Of a stretch of 64,000 nucleotides of DNA, positions 27,460 to 39,944 are shown in pieces. The position numbers and the translations under genes are program-made. The stretch lies in the NCBI GenBank assembly GCA_002269645.1, contig NIVC01001390.1, forward strand, positions 234,052 through 298,051, written 5' to 3'. Position 1 is the stretch's first letter. Each line of letters begins with the position of its first letter. Below the pieces are notes generated by a model. The model saw nothing but the letters and a program-made list of their open reading frames with translations. It was not told where the DNA came from and searched no databases. This stretch comes from Macrostomum lignano (lineage: Eukaryota).

Positions 27460-28061
27460 ATTTTAGCTAATATTCCAATGAGAGTAGCTCATAAATAGAA
27501 TATGTCAGTTCAATGATACACGATTTACTTTACTTAATAGCAAATGAAGAAATTACTACTCTGGAATATGGATGGTAATAAAAATGATTGCGGGAGATCT
27601 GTCGGCACAATGTCGCAACGTCTTTGGTGACATTGTCCCATAACCAGCGCGCTCTTGAGAGGCACTCAGTTTAGGTCGGTTAATTATGCTTACTTTTTTA
27701 TTTTCGTCAAAAAATACCCAAATCTAGCTTCGTATTGTGATTACTTGTAGTACGATTTAGACACAGCAATCAAGCCCCTATGATAATTAAATCATGCAGA
27801 ATCATGCATTTCCGATGATGAGACGGTCGGTTTTTTATTCTTGCGTGAGTGCGCGACTGCATGCTAAGGGGTCAGTGAAATAGCTAGTAAACTGCTTGCC
27901 TCCGGCTGCCCGTCAATAATTGCCTTACCGTTGCCCCAACGTTGCCCCAAGCCCCCGCGCAACTATGTAAACAAACTAAGATTAAATTATGTGTAAAAAA
28001 CTCTAATAGAAATCAGTTCATATCTTGAATTTTAAGTTGAAGCTTTTTTCATGCTTAATTT

Positions 28062-29906
28062 TTAGGCACAGCCCAGCGTGTAGACGTGCACAAGACGTCG
28101 AGTTGCGTCGCAAGCGACCAGTCGAGTTGGTCGGCCAGCCACGGATCGGGCGTCACTGACTGAGATGCCGTTGCAGGTGGTGAAGTCGCAGTCGCTGCCG
28201 CCGATTGCGCCAATCCGGTGGCCTTGCGGATCCAGGACGTCGACTTTCGCGCAGGAGCTTCTGGGGCGACGATCGTCTCTTCGGGTGCGGCGGCCTTGGC
28301 TGACGAACACTCGACCGCTGTCGTCGGAGCAGATGTACAGAGCCGACTGGAGTCCATCGGAGATCGGCATCTCGGCCACAAACTTGTGGGTCCTTGCGTC
28401 ATACATCAGCAGCTCGTTGGACGCGGACTCCGGTTCCTCTTCGACTTGCAGCCGGTTGGCCAAAACAAGGAAGCTGCCTCTCACGTGCGTCACTCCGGTC
28501 GGGAAGATTCTCCGGTGATCTAGCGGAATCCTCTGAGCTCGGCTGAAGTCGAATTGAGGAGCTTCGAGAATGAAAATAGCTCCGGGCCTCTTGTGAGTCG
28601 TATTTCCAGGCGCCACAAGCATCAGGTACTTCTCGCTAAGAGCAGCCGAGCACAGTCCATGCAGTGCTTTGATACTCTCCTCAGAATCTGGCTTGATTTC
28701 CAAACTAATGGTACCGTCCATATCGCAAAGAAGTACCTTATATTGGGACAGCAGCACCAGAATTCTGCCGTCCGTTGATAAAGCCAGATGCTTAGCGATG
28801 AATGGAGTCGTTCCGTCGACGACGCGAATCTGGCCGAGAAATTCACCGTCGAGTGACAAAACGTGCAACTTCATCAAGTCGCATACAATTAGCACCTCGT
28901 CCGGCAGCGCTCTTACGGGATCGAGGATGCTTTGATTTTGACGTTGCACGAGTCCGTCAGAGGTTAGACAGTATCCACCGGTATGGGACCAGAGAACCGC
29001 CTGGTGAGGCCTGAAGTCGTCTTCCTGTACTTCGACTGTTGCCTTTTCAACAACACGCGCCTCTAAAGAATGTTGAAGAACTTTTAGTTCCTCAATCTTT
29101 TTCTCAATTTCCCGGATGCTCGCCGTTGTGTAGTTAAATCGAACATCCTCGGGAAAATTCGGCAGCTCGATGCTATTGTTTAGGCTTTCAGCCTTAACGA
29201 CTAGGTCGTACTTCTTTCTTATTGTCGATTGGTCATCCTCTTCGACATCAAGAGCGCCCTCGATCTCATCTTGAAGATCGCAAAGTTGATCATGCAGCTC
29301 ATTTACCTTTCTTTCTGCGACGTCAATCTTGTTTTTCGATGACTTTAGCTCTGTCTGCATTGCTTTAAATTTTTTTTCTAAGCATTGAATCAATTCTTCG
29401 TACGTTTTGGCGTTATCTTCGATGGCGCTATCGATGTTCCTTTTTTGAAGTCTGCAATCTTCTCCGACGTCTTGCAATTCCAAACGTATTCGCTTAACAT
29501 TCTCGTGTTGTTCGACAAGGTTCTGATTGATCAGTCTGCGATCCTCTTCGTAGTGCTCTTGGCACAGGCGCAACTGGCAGTGGGGGCATGGCCCAAAGTT
29601 CTCAGCTTCTAAATCACAGCCACTCTTCTGACAGATGCTACCAGTCTCCTCTTGGTGCCGGTTCGACTGCTGAGATCTTGAAAACTGTCGAACTCTGCTT
29701 TCGAGTTTTCGGTCCCTCACCAGTGCATCAGGAGAAGTAGCGTACGGTTTGTTGCATACAGGACAATGATAAAAGCCATTAGCTCTCTTAGACTTCTGGT
29801 ATAGATGTTCTAGACAGCACTTACAGACGCTATGCTTGCAGCTCAATACTAATGGACTTTTGAAGAGTTGTCTGCACTTTGGACAGTGAAGTTCGCTGCC
29901 GTCCAT
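28062..29906 (-). CDS. TRIM/NHL-like protein A: RING, B-box-like, coiled coil, C-terminal beta-propeller-like domain (614 aa, single coding exon)
   Basis: RING CPKC..LSCKHSVCKCC..CPVC; B-box-like C....C......CPHC...LCQEH; heptad-rich middle; beta-rich C-terminus with NHL/SMP-30-like blades (YICSDDSGRVFVS, VDVLDPQG, LVACD....VHVY). Confidence 0.8.
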   Translation of the reverse strand: MDGSELHCPKCRQLFKSPLVLSCKHSVCKCCLEHLYQKSKRANGFYHCPVCNKPYATSPDALVRDRKLESRVRQFSRSQQSNRHQEETGSICQKSGCDLEAENFGPCPHCQLRLCQEHYEEDRRLINQNLVEQHENVKRIRLELQDVGEDCRLQKRNIDSAIEDNAKTYEELIQCLEKKFKAMQTELKSSKNKIDVAERKVNELHDQLCDLQDEIEGALDVEEDDQSTIRKKYDLVVKAESLNNSIELPNFPEDVRFNYTTASIREIEKKIEELKVLQHSLEARVVEKATVEVQEDDFRPHQAVLWSHTGGYCLTSDGLVQRQNQSILDPVRALPDEVLIVCDLMKLHVLSLDGEFLGQIRVVDGTTPFIAKHLALSTDGRILVLLSQYKVLLCDMDGTISLEIKPDSEESIKALHGLCSAALSEKYLMLVAPGNTTHKRPGAIFILEAPQFDFSRAQRIPLDHRRIFPTGVTHVRGSFLVLANRLQVEEEPESASNELLMYDARTHKFVAEMPISDGLQSALYICSDDSGRVFVSQGRRTRRDDRRPRSSCAKVDVLDPQGHRIGAIGGSDCDFTTCNGISVSDARSVAGRPTRLVACDATRRLVHVYTLGCA

Positions 29907-30285
29907 TTGTTGGTGATCATCGTTTTGTTCGATGGAGCCCTGCAGTGCGAGTGCGCGGTGAGTGCACGATTAGTCAGTCTCTGGATATTCATCTTCCAGG
30001 CTCGAATTGGCACAAGTTTAATTCAAGTACGCTGTTACTTTTTCTGACTCAAACTTTAAAATGTGTTCAAAATATGATAAAAGGCTTCGCCTAAGTTTCC
30101 CAGAATTGGCGTTCATTGCTACTAACAATAGAGAAATTCTGCAAGTCTGATTTTACCGTAAACTTTCCATATACAATAAAAGCAACAACAAAACGCTACA
30201 GCTACGCTCGTAAAACAAAAAAGCAGCCTTAACTACAAAGAATTGAAATTACAAATAGATTAGCTACTAGTAATTAACAACTATG

Positions 30286-30933
<648 letters not shown>

Positions 30934-32363
30934 TTTACAAGCATATATACATGATTACTTTGCCCAGGCATGAAACTTTTCTACTACAATATCTGTAATA
31001 GGTAAATTATCAAAAACTGATCGCCTGCAGTTGAAAATTTGAAACGAAAAACTTCGCACTTACGCGTCGCCGAACTGAGTTGCCAAGTCTTCTGTCGCTA
31101 TTACTGACGGCCATAATTTAACGCTAAGCTTATAGTTCAAAAGTTAAAGTTTAAAGAAACTTGAGCTAATCTACTCTACTCTCATACAGATATGTAACTG
31201 CAATTTAAGAAGGATGCTGTAAAAGATGAAGGATTCTAAGTAGCTAGAACGGTTTATATGGATATTTTCTTGAGGCCAATAGATGCATACCGAATATGAT
31301 GACGTCAAGAAGGCCTTAAATAAAATAACTGTACAGCACCGCACCGCCACTTGATCTGAAAAGTACTAAAACAGTTATATTAGACACTCTTTATAACAAA
31401 ATGGCGCCATTATTCAGACAAGATAGATATTTTCTAGACTGTGCGTACACTGTCTGTATTCTCTTAAGAAAGAGATACAAAAGACACAGATATAACAGCC
31501 TCAATTAATTTTAATGCGTCATCCTCAGAAATAACCCGATAAATGAGCAACGTCTGTAAAAAACTCATAACTAAAGCTACCTAGACTCGATGTACTCTGC
31601 AATGCTTTGAGAATTAATTTCAGTTCTTGAGTACTCAAGGCAGAAACTCGAAATTATATCCTCTAATAAAAGCACAATGAGTCACTTTTTCCAAGAATAG
31701 ACTGCTCTGCTCTCAGTGCTCATTTATAGTCGTTGAAGTTTCGAAATCAGCAGAATCAAATGAGGCAAAAACACTATATCTACTCATGTAGTTTTGTCAT
31801 TTATTCTCAATACTATCTACTCTACCTACAAGCAGTAGGTTACGCAAGTGTTTTTTTTCACAAAAATTAAAAACAATATGTCAAATTTCGATGAAAATTA
31901 AGGCTCTAATAATTTAGCTCTACTAAGATAATGTACGAGATTATCCATCTATACTAAATGAGCATATATAAAGTAAGTAACTTGTACATGTAAGTCGCGA
32001 GAAAATTTAACGATTAGAGCATCCAATAAAAGGCCGTAGCCATCATGTGTGTTCAATTTGCAACTAACTGGTGACACGTAGGCTCTGTCTTATAGCAAGT
32101 CGAAATGCGAGCAATAATATACGGGCGAACTTAGAAAAACACGAATGCGATAATTTAAAAAAAAGCAATTGATTTTCAGCGCAACACAAAAATCTGATTT
32201 AAAGGATTAAACCACATAAAAGATAGTAAACGTTTATTGATAATTTGACATATTTAACTTCGTCTCGTGATAGAAACTTGCTATATATTCAATATTATGA
32301 AGTTTGTGGATCCATAAAAGTACATATTTGATAAGATGCAGAAGCAACACACTGCTAACTGAA

Positions 32364-35010
32364 TCAATGACATGAGTTCTTAACGAAATTAGTGTAGACG
32401 TGCACAAGACGTCGAGTTGCGTCGCAAGCGACCAGTCGAGTTGGTCGGCCAGCCACGGATCGGGCGTCACTGACTGAGATGCCGTTGCAGGTGGTGAAGT
32501 CGCGGTCGCTGCCGCCGATCGCGCCAATCCGGTGGCCTTGCGGATCCAGGACGTCGACTTTCGCGCAGGAGCTTCTGGGGCGACGATCGTCTTTTCGGGT
32601 GCAGCAGCCTCGGCTGACGAACACTCGACCGCTGTCGTCGGAGCAAATGTACAGAGCCGACTGGAGTCCATCGGAGATCGGCATCTCGACCACAAACTTG
32701 TGGGTCCTTGCGTCATACATCAGCAGCTCGTTGGACGCGGACTCCGGTTCCTCTTCGACTTGCAGCCGGTTGGCCAGAACAAGGAAGCCGCCTCTCACGT
32801 GCGTCACTCCGGTTGGGAAGATTCTCCGGTGATCCAGTGGAATCCTCTGAGCTCGGCTGAAGTCGAATCGAGGAGCTTCGAGAATGAAAATAGCTCCGGG
32901 CCTCTTGTGAGTCGTATTTCCAGGCGCCACAAGCATCAGGTACTTCTCGCTAAGAGCAACCGAACAGAATCCATGAAATTTCGTTCTAATATTGAAGTCT
33001 GGCTGTACCTCTATGTGTTTAGTACCATCCATATCGCACAGGAGCACCTTATCATGTAATAGTAGTGCCAGTTGTCTACCATCAGGCGAAATGGTCAAGT
33101 ATCTCGTGCTATAAGGAGTGGTACCATCGTCGGTGACTTTGATTTGACCAAGCCAAGCACCATCCATAGACAGAACGTGAAGCTTGATCAGATCGCTGAC
33201 AATCAGCACCTCGTCGGGTAGTGCTGTAAAATTGTCACAGCTTCTACGCTTGACAATATTTTCCCTACTCAAACAGAAGTCCTTGGTGTGAGACCAAAGC
33301 ACGGCGTGATGAGGCGTAACAGCTTTTAGTCGCTGTTGCAAATCTTTTGTGCCAACTTTCAGCTCACCTTCTGAGCAGTTGACTGTTTGCTTTCTTGTGA
33401 CATCAGCTTCTAAGGAGTTTTGAAGTACCCTTAGTTCGCCTATTTTTTGTTCGATTACGCCGATGTCAGCAGAAGAGTGGTTGAAGCGAACATCGTTTGG
33501 AAGTCTCGGCGAATCGATGCCTCTTTCTAACATCTTGCTGGCATCAGTGACGAGCTTTTGCTTCTTTTTCAGAGTTGCGTGGTCATCTTCGTCCACTTCC
33601 AGAGCGTTGGTTAAGTCTTCTTGGAGCTGGGTAACCCTGTCATAAAAGTCTCTCAGTTTTCTTTCTGCCGCGTTGACATTGTCTTCAGAATTCGAAAGTT
33701 CCGCTTGCATGTCCGCAAACGTCTTTTCGATGCTCCTGATAAGCCGCTCTTTAGCTCGATTGTTATCTTCAATGTGACTTCTAATACTTCGTTTCTGCAG
33801 CTTGTAGTTATCTAGCAAATCTAGGCCTTTCGAAAGCGTTTGCTCTGCCATGTCTTGCCAGTGCAAACAGTTCTGATTCACGATTTCACAATCGGCGTCG
33901 AAGTGCTGCTGGCACAGGTGCTTCAGGCAGTGCGGGCACGGCTCTCTGCCTACGGCTACAGCGTTGCAGTTCGACCTCTCGCAGTTGCGGCGTTGCATGT
34001 CACGTCTCCTCGAATCTGGATGATCTCGCAAGTAGTCACGAACTTTTGTTCTCAATACTGTGTCCGTCCGCAATGATTCTGGAGCAGTTGCGCTCAGTTT
34101 ATTGCACTGTTCCATTGGACAATGAATGTATCCATCGTTGCTCCTACCGAATAAATGCTTAATGCAGCGCTTGCACACCCTATGGTTGCAACTTGGCAGG
34201 ATTATGGGTGTTGTGAAAAACTGGTTGCACTTTGGACAGATCATCTTGCTAACATCCACCGACGGCGGGCTGCCATAGGACTGTTCTATGGAGCCCTGAA
34301 GTTTTAGGTACAAGATGATGGTGATAACACAGGCTTGTTGTGGTAGGGGAAGTGGTTGATGTCTATAGTGTGATTGCCCAAGGGTTGAGTGTCCATTATG
34401 GCGAGTGTCCATAGTGTGAGTGTCCATTATGGCGAGTGTCTATAGTGGGAGTAGTGTCCATTATGGCGAGTGTCTATAGTGTGAGTGTCCATAGGGTGAG
34501 TGTCCATATAGTGGGTGTCCATATAGTAAGTGTCCATGTATAGTGAGTGTCCATGGTGAGTGTCCATAGGTTGATTGTCCATAGAGTGAGTGTCAATAGG
34601 GTGAGTATGTATTTGTTGGTGTTTAATTAGTACATTTTCATAGGGTGTGTGCCCTTGACGTGAGACCTAGCACCCTACCTGTTTGGTACGCACCATGGAA
34701 AATAATTCTTTAAAAAATTGAAGAAACTGTATAAACAGAAGATGTTAAAGTTAGTTTAGCTAGTATTAATATTTTCCCACAAAACATGCCAGCTGCCCCT
34801 CGTTGAGCTCTGGCAGTTTAGAGCAAATGCAACCTTACCAATTTCAACTTGAGCAACGCCGTTAGCAACTAAACCCTAACCCTAAATGTTAGCCTAGCCC
34901 TACTCTTTATGTTAGCAACTTCACCGAGTTCGACCAGCGAAGCGACTTACACGTCGATGCACAGGTACTGGCAGACTACTGTGGCCTGTAGACCTCCTCC
35001 TGTGGTCCAT
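32364..35010 (-). CDS. TRIM/NHL-like protein B, paralog of A (predicted exons 35010-34951 and 34295-32364; 663 aa)
   Basis: RING CPKC..PSCNHRVCKRC..CP..C; B-box-like C....C......CPHC...LCQQH; C-terminus nearly identical to A. A 60-nt ATG-initiated exon with donor GTAAGT splices in phase 0 to the cttcag acceptor at 34296-34297; this exon-1 model is less certain than the main exon. Confidence 0.78.
34385..34600. repeat. Degenerate GTGTCCAT(AG)-based tandem repeat in the intron of TRIM B
   Basis: Repeated gagtgtccatag / gagtgtctatag motifs. Confidence 0.7.
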
Positions 35011-36069
35011 CTCGCGGCTGGTTCTGCTTCCGTAAACGCTGTCTTCAGCGAATCACTCAAACTGACTTCTATAATAATTTATAGTGTTCAAATCTTATTC
35101 GCCCTCAGCGCGATGGTGCATTATGAAATACTTTAGCCTTTTTATGCTTATTGCTCTAATTTTTTTATCTTTTGCGCAGTTTCGACACTTCAGTTGCCAA
35201 AAGCAAAATAATCACTTTTAGCAATTACCTGGGCAGATCTTAGTCCAAAAATGGCTTGCATTGGGGAGTTAAAATTAAATTTTCTTGACGTCATTTTAAA
35301 AGACTGATCAATCCGCCACGCAGCCTAAACTTTATTTCAAGTCTTTGCAGTTTGTTTCTCACAAGGAAGGATTTAAAAAATCCAGGTGCGAAATGTTTTT
35401 TTATAAAACTGACGGAGCTACAGCTAGATAAGAACAATGTACTCGTATCTAAACTCATTCTGACGAAACATACTCCCTTAAAATACTGCAGACAACGTCA
35501 CTTGTGCAGCGTTAATCGTTTACGAGCGTACATGTACATGAACGTACCAGCAGACTGAGAGCAAAATTACCGTATAGCTCTAAATCTGATAGACCCTGCA
35601 GTGTCAATTGCACCAAGTCATTTGCCCATGTACTGTACTCATTTCAAGTTCGTATACCACGTACTTACCTGCCAACAAACTGGGTGCAAGAAATTCTGTT
35701 GCTAACGCAGGAATTCGGAAGTTGACGGAGTTAAAGGAGCTGCTTGTTGGCACTTTGACCAGCTTGCTCAACCGTCGTCACTGCTGTCTTTGGTGGGGAC
35801 GAGTCTGCTTCTGCCACTATATGCAGTGGAAGACTTCGAAGATTATCTCATCCCCAAAAAAGGCAGCTCCACCAGCCTAGACAATTCCAGCGCGCGATCG
35901 CCTTCAAGTGCACTCTCCCATGAAGGTGCTAAACGCCATGCTGTGAAACCGCCCAGCTACCAGTGCTCAACTTGAGCATGCTAGCCTCTCAGCGTGGTTT
36001 TCGCTCTGACAGCTGTCAACTATTGAGCAGGTGGCGGCAATCAGGATCATCATTGAGACCTGTGTAACG

Positions 36070-37200
36070 TGCCAAAAGACCGTCTCAACCGTTTTCATCA
36101 ACTTCCGCAAAGCCTTTGATTCTAGCTGTCAGCATGCAGGCCATTAGCCATGCTGCTAGCTAGCTCAGCATGGAGTGTCGCCTCTGCCTGTGCAGGCAGT
36201 CATGGACATGTACAGCGCTTCTATGGCCTTCATCCAAGTACATCAGATGGACCGACTGGCGACTGCAGAGTTTCCAACCAGCTCGGGTGTGCTGCAGGGC
36301 GACACCCTCTCCCCCTGCCGTTCGTCCTGCTGATGTACTACGTGCTACGTAGTTAGATAGCTTAAGTAGTAGAAGTGGCGTGGCTGAGAATGGCAGAGGC
36401 GTGGCCTAGGGCCGTGGCGGAGTGAGGCAGGAAGAGAAGGCAAACAAACTAGAGTGCCGGGCGGCAAGGGTCTACAGGCGGAGACGCAAAGCCAGGATCC
36501 AAGATAAACCCGAGCGCACGGCCAGACAGAACTGATAAGGAGCGGGCTGGGGGTGGGCGCGCGAGAACTTAGTATAATTAATGCGCGGCTTTTCTATTGG
36601 CCGGCTGGGAAAAACAGAAAACAGAAATTATCGATCGCGCGCTGTACGCAGGCTTTACAAATGTACTACGCAGCTGATTAAAATTCTTAGAGCACTACTT
36701 TAAGCAGACGCGAGGGAACGAAACTTATAGATTGGTACCGTATGTCAAAACGGCCCTTGGCGGGGCTACTTAAACTGACAACGTCACAGATGGCTTTAAG
36801 TGGTCCACCCAGCGCCGTAGCTCCTGCGGTCCGACACCCCTGTCTGGCCTATGCTGACGACAAAGCCTTTGTCTGCTGCGGCCCGGGGGTCGAAGTCGGC
36901 CCTGAGATCAATAAAACCGGCTCTTCGTGGAGGGTTCCCGCGAGTATGGTTATTCAGATCAGAGCGCCAAGGAAGACCGAGGTGCTTCATGTGGGCACTA
37001 ACGTGGGCACTGTGGGCCCCGCCTCTGGATGCTGCTCAATAAGGAGACAATAGGCATCTGTCAGGACTTTAGGTACCTCGGCGTTCCAGTCATGTCACCC
37101 AATGTCATCATTCAAGACCGGCTGCAGCAGGCCTCGTGCTCCCACTAACTGCGATAGGTTTTCCACTCCAGCGCCACTGACAGCATGACAGCATAAGGCC
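36070..37200 (+). pseudogene. Decayed non-LTR reverse transcriptase fragment (RTE-like), interrupted by an insert of about 404 bp
   Basis: Residual motifs TVFINFRKAFDS (about 36088), GVLQGDTLSPLPFVLLM.YVLR (about 36287), LAYADD (about 36845) and DFRYLG (about 37066), with stops and frameshifts. Confidence 0.75.
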
Positions 37201-37306
37201 AACTAATATAAAAGGGCAATAGCCTTACAGACGGTCAGCGATCGTGTTCAGTTGGCTTCATCTCATCAACAGTTAAGCCCTGAAAGCGATGTAATAGTAA
37301 TCGCAT

Positions 37307-39281
37307 TGTGACGGGGGACTTGTGTGGAAAACTTCATTGTTTTACTATCATTTTTACTATCAGTAGACTACTACGTAAGTGTATCATATTTTGTATGAAT
37401 TCTGTGTACGAGTACATTCATTGAATCGGCTTTTATATGTCAGCAAGTGATGAATTTTTAACAAATCAATAATTTGCCCAGCGCCCATCGTAACTCTCAG
37501 CCAATTACAATTCGCTGTATCATCTGTCGTTTTATATTAACTGTTCGTTTTTCGTCGCTACTCAAAAACAAATAAAAAACTTGGCCAACTAAGCAAGCAA
37601 AATATATCAATTCAATTGAATATTGGACTGCGCTATACTTGCATTTTTCTTCGGTCTTGTTCGGTCTTGTTCTGCCAAGGACTGCTGGCAGATTAAATTC
37701 GTCACATTTTAATGGAGGGTCCCACCTCGAGATTCGAACCCTGGGTCGAGACGTGCTACTGCTACACAACTTTCCGATCGGAGGAGGAAGGAGAGATTGA
37801 GGCTGAGCGCAGCGACAATACCCAATTCAGCGCGTTCCTCCCAGTCGTCATTCCCCTATGGATCATTTGTGCATCTCGAGAATCTAAGTAATGCCATAAA
37901 TTCAGTCCGCCATCGTATCGCTCGACTCGTATTCTGCATCACCGCAGCAAGTGGCTGTGGCCTCAAAAGGGCCGTTTTACATGACGTTACACCTCACCTG
38001 CCTGCGAAACTCACCATATCATCTCTATTCGGCGGCTTAGGCGATCATTCAACATTCAACATTCTACATGTTCGTACGTCGTTTCGTCGGTACCCACACG
38101 ACGTGGCCAGCCCCGACCAACTGCGACCTAAAAGGGCCGTTTCAGTCCATTCAACTGTACCGGCTACCCCATTCAGACCTTACCGTCCCGTCAACTGAAA
38201 ATCTGCAACAGCTGCTCTACACCAAGGTTGATATTTTGCATGTAAAAATGTAAATGCTTCAAATAATTATTGCTTGCACTGTGAAACTAATGTTTTTAAT
38301 CCAATATCAAAATACATGTACGCATGTATTGTTATAATTCAGTGAGTTTCATCATTTTCGCCTTTCATATACATGTCCCTGTCATCTTGTGCTATTAAAA
38401 TGTTTTTTCTGTTCCATCTTTTGCTTCTGTCTCCTGTCGATCTAGTTTCCTTTTCCCCAGCAACGGGCCCGTGAGCCGTACCATTTTTTGCTGCGCGTTC
38501 CTCGTCAGCCGGGCGCCCTTGGCGTCGTTCAGAGTTCGTTGCGACCTTCTTTGTGCCTGTCTTTCTCTGCACCTCTGCGTGCGTTGGCTGGGAGGCATCT
38601 GCGACCCACTGGGGTCGCGCCCGTGCGGTCCATCGGGACCGGCCCAGCGGTGAGCCGTCTGTTGGCTGGCGCATTCGGCGCGTTGTCTGCAGCGTGATGC
38701 TATTCGTGCACTAGTCTCTACTTTTCTTCTCGCGTGCTGTCGCGCTCTCTTGTGTGCTTACTAAAAATGTTCCTCAGCTCATTTCGTAATCATTGTCTGC
38801 ATTTTCACTTATGTTATTCAAATTAATATTGACTACATGTATTCGAGTGCAAATATCTTTTCTTTTAGAGGAAGGCGAGTGTGACGGGGGACTTTGGAAA
38901 ACTTCATCGTTTTACTATCATTTTTACTATCAGTAGACTACTACGTAAGTGTATCATATTTTGTATGAATTCTGTGTACGAGTACATTCATTGAATCGGC
39001 TTTTATATGTCAGCAAGTGATGAATTTTTAACAAATCAATAATTTGCCCAGCGCCCATCGTAACTCTCAGCCAATTACAATTCGCTGTTTTATCTATCGT
39101 TTTATATTAACTGTTCGTTTTTCGTCGCTACTCAAAAACAAATAAAAAACTTGGCCAACTAAGCAAGCAAAATATATCAATTCAATTGAATATTGGACTG
39201 CGCTATACTTGCATTTTTCTTCGGTCTTGTTCGGTCTTGTTCTGCCAATGACTGCCAGATTAAATTCGTCACGACGTCACA
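37307..39281 (+). mobile_element. Non-autonomous LTR retroelement: LTRs 37307-37706 and 38880-39281, 1.17-kb internal region without recognisable gag or pol
   Basis: Two near-identical direct repeats of about 400 bp with TGTGACG...CGTCACA ends; 4-bp TSD GCAT at 37303-37306 and 39282-39285; PBS TGGAGGGTCCCACC at 37713; PPT AGAGGAAGGCGAG directly before the 3' LTR. Confidence 0.9.
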
Positions 39282-39944
39282 GCATAAATATAATTTTTTT
39301 AAATTTTAAATCTACAAATTGTTGTAAAAATCAAATTTAACAAATCAGTCGAACATTTGCATAACAAAAGTTTAAAAAACAATAAAAGGATTTTTATATA
39401 CAAAAAGAGTTTGATTCTTTATATGCATTAAGTAAATAAGAAGACTTAAAATATAAATATTGGTCATCCGTCAACTCTTCAGTCCCCAACAACTCAATTT
39501 AACCACCGCAACATTCTACACTGGAACTTAAGCTTTGTCGTATACCAATTCGCTGCTACCGACTGCTTTCGCACATTTGATACTCCTTTTTACCTCGGGA
39601 TCAAAATGAACTACTAAAAATTAAATTGGCCTAAACTTCACGCCATTTGGTGAATTTCCAGATATTATTTTTTCTGTACACATAGCACATAAAACCAGCT
39701 GTTTGAAAAAGCAGAAATTAATAGACAGTTTTGACTCTGAGCTTTGCTCCGAGACTTAACTATTTGGACATTATTAGAGAGCAAACATACTGAATGGTTA
39801 GGAGTTAGGCTTACACGGTTAACTGCAAAATAAACTGTCTAAATTTTAAATTAAAAACATTTGTGGCTGCCTACTTTTTACTATTGTACAACAGTACAAC
39901 ACAAATTTAATATTTCATTTGGTCTATTCTTTTTGAAAATTAAC

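Noticed and set aside
34296-34427. N-terminal extension MDTHTMDTRH… of the 687-aa ORF
   Set aside because: It starts in the GTGTCCAT repeat and crosses a good splice acceptor; treated as intron.
37797-38697. ORFs inside the LTR element as gag or an accessory gene
   Set aside because: No zinc knuckle, capsid, protease, RT or integrase motifs recognised.
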